From NCBI GenBank assembly GCA_030610785.1, contig JAUWRB010000001.1:1-40694 (forward strand): a DNA stretch of 40,694 bases, in the 5' to 3' direction. The DNA is from Promethearchaeota archaeon (GTDB lineage Archaea > Asgardarchaeota > Lokiarchaeia > Sigyniarchaeales > SOKP01). How positions within the stretch are numbered: position 1 is the stretch's first letter; every line of letters starts with the position of its first letter. Below are positions 27,301 to 33,498 of the stretch, one piece after another. The notes under the pieces are model-generated. The model ran no database searches, was not told the origin of the DNA, and was given only the letters and a program-made list of their open reading frames with translations. The position numbers and the translations under genes were made by a program.

Positions 27301-27747
27301 ATTTTATCTAATATTAAAGAAGTGACTGCTTCACAAATACCTTTTGAGAAAGTTGCAAGTAATTTGACAAGTTCTGATCCTAAAGTTAGAGAAGGATCAG
27401 TTGGATTGCTAAAAATTTATAGCTTTATTAACATCGATAGAGTTTTTGACGATATCCTAACTCTTTTAGGCGATGATTCTGAAGTTGTTAGAAAAAAAAT
27501 GATTAATACCACTGTTGAAATAATTAATAAAATTGGTTTATCTAAGATTTTATCTAAACTTTTAAAAAATTTAAGCGATGAAGGTTCTTTAGAAACACAA
27601 CAATCAATTGCCCTAATCCTAAGAAGAACTGCGAAATATGAAGATAAAAAAATCAAGAAAAGAATAATTTCTTTGCTCAAGATAAGATGTGAGATGAGTC
27701 AAGACCCGATCATATGTCAAACTCTGCAAGAATTGAGAGAGAGTTAA
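24391..27747 (+). CDS. Polytopic membrane domain (~370 aa) fused to a long HEAT/ARM-repeat region (~750 aa)
   Basis: GTG start. The N-terminal third contains many hydrophobic 20-25 aa stretches (for example ILILDVLFIIIFLAFFLFGFFIIY, IIYGIIFSIALMVVIAMAFIFAV). The remainder contains at least 10 repeats with the HEAT signature Dxxxx[VI]R...A...L (DPEWRLKQYGLMILSRL, NKEIRAAAIKNV, DPTSSVRASIFEVFAKIG, NENVRSFSVLALEKY, DSFIRESGAKILGFIG, EEWIVREASVASLGKI, DQNWVRRSAMNILSNI, DPKVREGSVGLLKIY, DSEVVRKKMINT). Confidence 0.7.
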   Translation: MKILILDVLFIIIFLAFFLFGFFIIYKQVALVKKGEFNVSDRLQCIIYGIIFSIALMVVIAMAFIFAVQTPEFWENSSFPPPDINPLALIIPFIICLAYISFYPLIDFLFIAVSEESDEGLTPFHKLIGNKVINISKSKYGSVIMAILLYCLFIIPPVLLSLLGFSFLMIFISWMLVYPMMILTFYGSKGYIAGISNCYYNIPDIRRSIFLNFEDSKRGMKQFASNPASYIVFGLMIFVFIWAWISMIQTITFFFTGKIAISTMTSVFVFVTLFFGIMGYFTRFWGRKIKYRGIDIYFAAYLMAAIGINVLVNFLIVNPNKLFDTFNMWDFTDQIIPNYRMFAWAAVIEEIILIIFTSYFFLAKKNKFIRNIKYSRITECGNIFNPIPLFNFIKNKNLIIRKHAEETLILMFERIPLKAKIDLNKLKFKYFLFDALCDYHSNARRISYNILLQLEKDVPDIVLPWIIEGITSPNYDKSIPIARSLLKSEISLLENIPENAIFSLIEDPEWRLKQYGLMILSRLVHKKNDLILNLNIHELVNDSNSKVQVEILNLLSESSIELPVHVIIKKINHSNKEIRAAAIKNVKNIKIENIDSQIINILLPLMKDPTSSVRASIFEVFAKIGNFKKFSIPISPFLDGLTDYNENVRSFSVLALEKYSDEEPGSINLDVIINKIDPNNNEVLSSVLSLLGRLWEKNPEKIITIFLIFIKFDNEKLKKNISKILVEKYQSHPDLIIQNLINISDVSKFISKGIISTTIIKIAKADPQNMIPKLIIYLNSNNEDIVLNAISSLDGLIDEFFEMISIKPLLSLMQKDMNNQIKKEASKLISKIAKTNPFSIKPFIPLIFQIVNDQEQSVKIVLSKSILEIAKTSPELIPVRSIIPFFSDQDSFIRESGAKILGFIGFELVDEVIDVLINKGLTDEEWIVREASVASLGKIVEHVENKEFIIKKLVYLLDDDQNWVRRSAMNILSNIKEVTASQIPFEKVASNLTSSDPKVREGSVGLLKIYSFINIDRVFDDILTLLGDDSEVVRKKMINTTVEIINKIGLSKILSKLLKNLSDEGSLETQQSIALILRRTAKYEDKKIKKRIISLLKIRCEMSQDPIICQTLQELRES

Positions 27748-27934
27748 TTTAATCAAGCTCAAATCACTAAATCTATCCTCTCTAATTATTTTTTTTCATG
27801 TTTGTTTTATTCACAGATTAATAACCTATCCTATTAATATCAGAATTAAAATATCAAAAAACAATTTAATTAAATATTCAAACAAATAAAGAATGTGGTG
27901 ATATTACACGACAACCCCTCTTCATGGTCCCAAT

Positions 27935-30256
27935 TTGCCAATTAGTAAAGTGCAGAAGTTCGAAGATTTTTATAGAATGTTTCAAGAAAAACCTGGTGTT
28001 TATAAGTATCAAAATCAAATTAATGATATTTTTTCAAAAGGCGATAACGCGCTTTTAATTTTTTACGAGGATTTATTAACTTTTGATTTTCAATTAGCTG
28101 ATATGCTAAAAAATGACCCTGTTTCTCTTTTAGAGGATGCTATTGATGCCTTTAAAAACATATTAAAATTTCAAAGTGGAAAATTAAATATTCAAGATTA
28201 TTTTGTTAGAATAACGACCAAAGACGACCAAAGTCCTTTATCAATTCCTTTAAGGAGGCTAAGAGCAAAAAATATAGATAAATTAATTTGGTCTAAAGGC
28301 ATATTAATTAGAAGTTCTACAATTAGACCAAAATTAATGAACGCAACTTTCGAATGCATGGTTTGTGGATCCCAATTTCAAGTGCTTCAGCTTACTTCAA
28401 GAATAAAATGGCCACAATTTTGTGTTAATAACCGATGCAAAGCTAAAACACAATCTGATTTTAGGCTTATTTCAAAAAATTCAGAATTCATTGACTGGCA
28501 AAGCATAGTGATTCAAGAAATTCCTGAAGATCTACCAGCTGGAAGAATTCCGAGATCAATTCAAGCGATATTAACTTATGATTTAGTTGATACTGTAAAA
28601 CCAGGAGATAGAATAAAGATTATGGGGATCTTTAAGTCTGTTTTAGCCCAATCAACTAAAAGTATTAATTCTAATATATTTAGGACTTTTGTAGATGTCA
28701 CTTTTATTGATCCTGAAGATAAAAGCGAAGGAGACATGGATCTTTCTAAGGAAGAAATAAAAAAAATAGAAGAAAAGTCGAAGGAACCATTTATACAAAA
28801 AAAAATTGCTCGGTCAATTGCCCCTACCATTTACGGAAGGGACGATCTAAAAATGGCATGCGCTTTAAGTTTATTTAGCGGAACAAGGAGAAAAAAACCG
28901 GGAGGAAATTATAAACGAGGTGATATCCACATTTTATTTGTAGGAGATCCTGGGACGGGTAAGTCAGAAATCCTGAAAAGTACAATAGATGTGTCTCCAA
29001 GAGGCTTATATACTTCAGGAAAAGGTGCGTCTGCAGTTGGTTTAACTGCGGCCGTTATTAAAGATACTGAAACGGGTCAAATGAATCTCGAAGCCGGAGC
29101 AATTGTTCTAGCTAACGGAGGCATTGCTGCTATTGATGAATTTGATAAAATGGATACCGCAGATAGATCTGCATTGCACGAAGCAATGGAACAACAATCT
29201 TATCATTATAATACGGAAATTTTAACAACAAATGGCGAAAGAATCGTTATTGGTAAGTTCATTGATGACTTTATCGCTACTAATAAATCTAAAGTCATTC
29301 AAGGAAAGAATTGTGAAATTTTGCCATTTAATAATCTAGAAATTTATTCAACAAATTTCAATAAAATTTACAAGACAAAAATAAATAGAATTAGCCGTCA
29401 TGAAGCGCCAAGTTGTTTTTATAAATTAACATTTACTAATGGTAGATCAATTAATATCACGCCTGAACATCCTATTTTTGTTTTTAATAAAGGGAAATTA
29501 AGATGTAAGAATGCTGAAAAATGTTCAATCAATGAATTTATTCCCGTCCCTAAATACCTTCCTAATTCAAGTAAAATAATAAAACTAAGAAAAAACGAAA
29601 ATATTCAACACATTTTATTTAAAGAAGTCGTATTTCCAGAAGATTTAACACCAAAATTAAGCAGAATACTTGGTTATTTTATAACAAATAAACTAAGTAA
29701 TGAAGGTTCTGGACCTGAATTTTATTATTCTAATAAGGATAATCTTGTTGTAGAAGAATTTAATCGTCTAATATTTGAATTATTTAATATATCTCCTTCT
29801 AAAAAAGAAAGAAACGATGGTTTGATAAGATTAAATTATATTTCTATAGAGTTATGTAATTGGATGAAAACGAATTTTCCTGAGATAATGATAATTTCAA
29901 AAAGTAAAAGAATTCCTTCGAAAGTACTTGGTTGTGACGTTGAAAATGCTAGAGAATTTTTAATTAGTGCTTTTAAAAGTGATGGTTATATAAACTCTAC
30001 TTCGGCATGTATTAAAGCGGCATCAAAGGGTCTTAGCAATGATTATCAAGATTTGTTATTAAAACTAGGAATTCATTCTTATATTGTATTGGATAAAAGA
30101 AATGATTTGTATAAGGTTTATATTCGTGGTCAATCAATAATTAAATTTTGCGATGAAATATTTGAAAAAAATGATCATGGAAACGAAGAAATTAATAATC
30201 TAATAAATTTGAATCTAAAAAAACACATCGTCCTGAAATTTTACCTACTTCTTTAA
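27935..30256 (+). CDS. mcm: MCM replicative helicase, N-terminal extein (27935-29197) plus the N-terminal part of the intein, ending at a frame break
   Basis: TTG start (uncertain). C4 zinc motif CMVCGSQF...CVNNRC. Walker A GDPGTGKSE. Walker B AAIDEFDKM. ALHEAMEQQ is followed directly by intein block A (SYHYNTEILTTNGE) instead of the canonical TVSIAKAG. Confidence 0.85.
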   Translation: MPISKVQKFEDFYRMFQEKPGVYKYQNQINDIFSKGDNALLIFYEDLLTFDFQLADMLKNDPVSLLEDAIDAFKNILKFQSGKLNIQDYFVRITTKDDQSPLSIPLRRLRAKNIDKLIWSKGILIRSSTIRPKLMNATFECMVCGSQFQVLQLTSRIKWPQFCVNNRCKAKTQSDFRLISKNSEFIDWQSIVIQEIPEDLPAGRIPRSIQAILTYDLVDTVKPGDRIKIMGIFKSVLAQSTKSINSNIFRTFVDVTFIDPEDKSEGDMDLSKEEIKKIEEKSKEPFIQKKIARSIAPTIYGRDDLKMACALSLFSGTRRKKPGGNYKRGDIHILFVGDPGTGKSEILKSTIDVSPRGLYTSGKGASAVGLTAAVIKDTETGQMNLEAGAIVLANGGIAAIDEFDKMDTADRSALHEAMEQQSYHYNTEILTTNGERIVIGKFIDDFIATNKSKVIQGKNCEILPFNNLEIYSTNFNKIYKTKINRISRHEAPSCFYKLTFTNGRSINITPEHPIFVFNKGKLRCKNAEKCSINEFIPVPKYLPNSSKIIKLRKNENIQHILFKEVVFPEDLTPKLSRILGYFITNKLSNEGSGPEFYYSNKDNLVVEEFNRLIFELFNISPSKKERNDGLIRLNYISIELCNWMKTNFPEIMIISKSKRIPSKVLGCDVENAREFLISAFKSDGYINSTSACIKAASKGLSNDYQDLLLKLGIHSYIVLDKRNDLYKVYIRGQSIIKFCDEIFEKNDHGNEEINNLINLNLKKHIVLKFYLLL

Positions 30257-30768
30257 TTGAAACTATAATTAAAATCAAAAAAGATTTAGACATCCCTTAC
30301 AATGGATATTTTAACCTCCAATTAAAAAAAAATAATGGTATAACTCGTAATGTTCTCTCGAATGAATTGAATATAATTAAAAAAAAAATAACTTTAATAG
30401 AAAATCAAATTAACAAGATCCTTACTATTTCAGAAATTAGGAAAAAAATAAAATATTCTCAAAAAAAATTAGCTATAATCTCAGGATTCACGAGACGTGA
30501 AATTGATTTTTATGAAAGGGGCTACTATAATAAGAATAAAAGAAATGTTATTAAAACAATATTAATCTCATCTATTAAAAATAAAATTGAAGATATTAGA
30601 AAAAATATCAGATCCGTAGACTATATTAAAGATTCAGATATTTTATGGGATCGAATAATTAGTATTGAAATTATTCAAAATAAAGCAAAGAGTTATACTC
30701 CTTGGGTTTATGATTTAACTGTCGAACCTAATCACACATTTATTGGTCAAGGAGTTGTTTTACATAAT
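29198..30768 (+). mobile_element. Intein (~524 codons) with a LAGLIDADG homing-endonuclease domain, inserted in MCM between EAMEQQ and TVSIAKAG
   Basis: Block A starts with Ser1 (tct at 29198). Block B is NITPEHPIFV (TxxH). LAGLIDADG-like blocks are LSRILGYFITNKLSNEGSG and EFLISAFKSDGYI. Blocks F/G are VYDLTVEPNHTFIGQGVVLHN, followed by Thr+1 (acc at 30769). Removing the intein restores the canonical MCM sequence EAMEQQ|TVSIAKAGI. Confidence 0.8.
30217..30223 (+). other. A7 tract in A_AAA_AAA phase at the MCM/intein frame break: candidate -1 recoding site, or a homopolymer indel
   Basis: The upstream frame reads CTA AAA AAA CAC and stops at 30254-30256. The downstream (MCM C-terminal) frame is open from 30199. 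The two frames overlap only across 30199-30256, and this A7 is the only obvious slippery element there. A -1 shift, or an eighth A, fuses both parts. Confidence 0.35.
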
Positions 30769-31614
30769 ACCGTAAGCATTGCAAAAGCAGGAATTGTTGC
30801 CACATTGAAAGCTCAGACGGCCATAATAGCTGCAGCAAATCCGCATTCTGGCAGATACGATAGATATAAAACAGCTACTCAAAATATTAAATTGCCGCCG
30901 GCCTTATTATCACGTTTTGATTTAATTTTTGTTGTTGTAGATCGACCTGATCCATCTGAAGACGCACAAATGGCAGAATTTATACTACAAAATTCCATGA
31001 AAGGTACTGAAGATGATTCACTAATGCTAGATATGAAAGACGAAGGTATGACCCCTATTTCTAGAGATCTTCTTAAAAAATATATAAGGTATGCCAGAAG
31101 AACTTGTCATCCTATTTTAACCGAAGAGGCTAAAGAAAGAATAAAGGAATTTTATTTAAAATTAAGGGGTCAATATGATAGTGAGGATGCGATCATTTCT
31201 ATTCTAGCGAGGAATTTGGACGCGTTAATTAGATTAAGTGAAGCTCATGCGAAAATGGCTTTAAGAGATAAAGTTACTAAAGAAGATGTTGAAGATATCA
31301 TTATATTATTTAAACGATACCTTAAAGATACCGGTTATGACGATTCTACGGGAAAGATTGATATGGACCGACTTTTCATTGGTGATTCGAGAAGTAATCT
31401 TAACAAGCTTGAAAAATTTTTAACCCGAATAAAAGAAATTTTTGAAGAAAATAATTTTAACGCTCTTGAAAAGATGAATATTGTCCAAATTCTAGATCTT
31501 GAAGAAGATTTCGATAAAAAATACATTGAAAAAGCTTTAAAAGATCTAATTACTGATGGAACCTTATATGAACCGAAATTCGGGCTAATTAAATTCGCTA
31601 GTAAAGATGATTAA
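30367..31614 (+). CDS. mcm: C-terminal part of the intein (to 30768) plus the MCM C-terminal extein (30769-31614). The frame is open upstream to 30199, so the TTG at 30367 is probably not a real start
   Basis: After VVLHN the sequence continues TVSIAKAGIVATLKAQTAIIAAANP (sensor 1), LLSRFDLIF (arginine finger), then LDALIRLSEAHAKMALRDKVT and a C-terminal winged-helix-like tail. These are typical of MCM. Confidence 0.85.
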   Translation: MNIIKKKITLIENQINKILTISEIRKKIKYSQKKLAIISGFTRREIDFYERGYYNKNKRNVIKTILISSIKNKIEDIRKNIRSVDYIKDSDILWDRIISIEIIQNKAKSYTPWVYDLTVEPNHTFIGQGVVLHNTVSIAKAGIVATLKAQTAIIAAANPHSGRYDRYKTATQNIKLPPALLSRFDLIFVVVDRPDPSEDAQMAEFILQNSMKGTEDDSLMLDMKDEGMTPISRDLLKKYIRYARRTCHPILTEEAKERIKEFYLKLRGQYDSEDAIISILARNLDALIRLSEAHAKMALRDKVTKEDVEDIIILFKRYLKDTGYDDSTGKIDMDRLFIGDSRSNLNKLEKFLTRIKEIFEENNFNALEKMNIVQILDLEEDFDKKYIEKALKDLITDGTLYEPKFGLIKFASKDD

Positions 31615-31717
31615 GCATATAGGTTGAGCAATATAATTATTATTCCAATTAAAAAATTAAAGATATTATTTACGATTATGTTGACGGAAACAAGATTGTT
31701 AAAAGTTTAACAAATAT

Positions 31718-32521
31718 TTAAATCCATTCACATTGAGTAATTCCCGCATCTTTTAAAAAGCCTATCTTACTCCAGTGATCTATAAGTCTATTAACGAATT
31801 TCTTAACATTAAAGTCAATTAAATCATGATCTATCTTTAATGTTTTAATACTTCGAATGACTATAATCAAATTCCTTTTCTTCTTCTTTAAATTCCTTTT
31901 AATTAATTCTCTCTCATGATTATATCCTTTTTGAAATTCTTCATCGTAAAAATCTATATATTTGTGTTTTAAATAATCTTTGAATCCCAAATATGTTTTA
32001 TGTAAATTTTCAAAACACCGACCAAAATCAATTCGACATAATGAGTTATCTTCCCGTATAATGAAATGTCGATCATAGACATCATATAAAGATAAGATCT
32101 CGTGTAGATAACATTGTCTTCCTAAAATAAATTTATATTTTGAAATTTTATGTTTCCCTACATTATCTCCTTTTTCAAATGTCGTTATAATGTAAGGAAT
32201 AGCGGTTTTTTTTTTTTTGTATAATCCTGTTAAATAATTTTTGAAACATAATTGAGGGTCAAAAAAAGATCTAGTTAGATGGAGTCCTAATATTTCAAAA
32301 ATGAATTTTTCTCTCACGTATTTTATAAAAAGTAAAGGTTCTCTATTTAGAGAAAAGATAGTCCATTTTTTATAATATGACCAAGTGCATTTTAATAAAA
32401 ATTCTTTTTCTAAAGGAAAATTTAATATTTCAGCACATTTTAATATTTCATTTTCAGAAATTTCAGAAATTGAATGCCAATTGAATATTTTCTTCAAAAT
32501 TTCTATATTTTGAGGATTCAA
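31718..32521 (-). CDS. Small (267 aa) protein with a PI3K/PI4K-like catalytic-core signature (atypical kinase-like)
   Basis: EILSLYDVYDRHFIIREDNSLCRIDFGRCFEN aligns by eye with the PI3K/PI4K segment ILGIGDRHxxNIMvkxxGxLFHIDFGhxl. DRH is at complement of 32066-32074 and IDFG at complement of 32011-32022. Upstream, LLFIKYVREKFIFEILGL resembles the IFKxGDDLRQDxLxLQ lysine/helix region. The Asn of DRHxxN is missing (apparent 3-residue deletion). Confidence 0.45.
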   Translation of the reverse strand: MNPQNIEILKKIFNWHSISEISENEILKCAEILNFPLEKEFLLKCTWSYYKKWTIFSLNREPLLFIKYVREKFIFEILGLHLTRSFFDPQLCFKNYLTGLYKKKKTAIPYIITTFEKGDNVGKHKISKYKFILGRQCYLHEILSLYDVYDRHFIIREDNSLCRIDFGRCFENLHKTYLGFKDYLKHKYIDFYDEEFQKGYNHERELIKRNLKKKKRNLIIVIRSIKTLKIDHDLIDFNVKKFVNRLIDHWSKIGFLKDAGITQCEWI

Positions 32522-32622
32522 TGTAAATATTTTTTAATTTCATTAAATATTAAAATAAACCTTTAATAATTAATCTCGTTTATGATAATTAAAAGTATTT
32601 AAAATAGAAAATAGTCGCAATA

Positions 32623-33465
32623 ATGCCCTCTAGGTTTTTTAATGTAATTGAAAGATATTCTACAGAAAATATTATTGACTTACTTAGAGATGTCGAGAAA
32701 ATATTTGATGGTGAAAAAAACCTAATAAAAATAATTAAAGGTGCTACTTTAATTGTTGGCGATCTTCATGGAGATCTTAATACTTTACAAAAAATAATCC
32801 AATTATTTTTTCGTGATGAATTTAAAACTCTTTTATTCTTAGGAGATTATGTTGATAGGGGCGCTAAACAGGTTGAAGTAGTTAATGTTTTGTTTTATTA
32901 TAAAAGATTGATGCCGGATAGGTTAATATTATTACGCGGAAATCACGAAGATCCAATAATTAACCGTCAATATGGATTTTATGACGAAGTAAGACTTAAA
33001 TTTTCCAATTATAAAGAAATTTTTCGACGCTATAATCACGTATTTTCAAAATTACCATTAGCAGCACTCACGTGGAATAGAATTTTTTGCGTTCATGGCG
33101 GGATTTCTGAAGGATTAGAAAATATTGAAGAAATAAATTTATTGTTAAAAAATCAAGAACAGATTAATTGTCCAATCACAAAACAACTAGTTTGGAACGA
33201 TCCAAAAGAAAAAGTTAAAAATTTTAAAAAAAGTTCTAGAGGGCCAGGAATCAAGAATTTCGGTAAGGAGGCGTTAGAAAAATTTATACAGGAAAATTCG
33301 ATATCCTATATTATAAGGTCTCATGAGAAATTTAAAAATGGATATCATAAATATTTTGACGATAAATTATTAAGTATTTTCTCTTCTCGTTCGTATTCTA
33401 AAAATGTTTCTACTGTTGTTGGAGTAATAGACTTAAACGGAAATGTTGATGTTATCCCGATTTAA
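32623..33465 (+). CDS. PPP-family Ser/Thr protein phosphatase (PP1/PP2A-like, 'PP1-arch' type)
   Basis: Canonical PPP motifs in order: GDLHGD, GDYVDRG, LRGNHE, VHGG, IIRSHE. 280 aa. Confidence 0.85.
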   Translation: MPSRFFNVIERYSTENIIDLLRDVEKIFDGEKNLIKIIKGATLIVGDLHGDLNTLQKIIQLFFRDEFKTLLFLGDYVDRGAKQVEVVNVLFYYKRLMPDRLILLRGNHEDPIINRQYGFYDEVRLKFSNYKEIFRRYNHVFSKLPLAALTWNRIFCVHGGISEGLENIEEINLLLKNQEQINCPITKQLVWNDPKEKVKNFKKSSRGPGIKNFGKEALEKFIQENSISYIIRSHEKFKNGYHKYFDDKLLSIFSSRSYSKNVSTVVGVIDLNGNVDVIPI

Positions 33466-33498
33466 TTAAAATATTTATTATAAGCCAGATATTAATAT

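Noticed and set aside
27748-27934. Possible replication origin next to MCM
   Set aside because: I found no repeated ORB-like elements or paired inverted repeats flanking an AT-rich unwinding element, and no orc1/cdc6 gene is adjacent. The AT richness is no different from other spacers.
32206-32218. Long homopolymer tracts inside CDSs (T13 here, T12 at 2485-2496) as phase-variation switches
   Set aside because: Both are in-frame lysine runs (KKKK, KKK) in intact ORFs of an AT-rich genome where poly-Lys/poly-A tracts are common. There is no evidence of an on/off state from a single sequence. They are kept only as context for the MCM A7 frame break.
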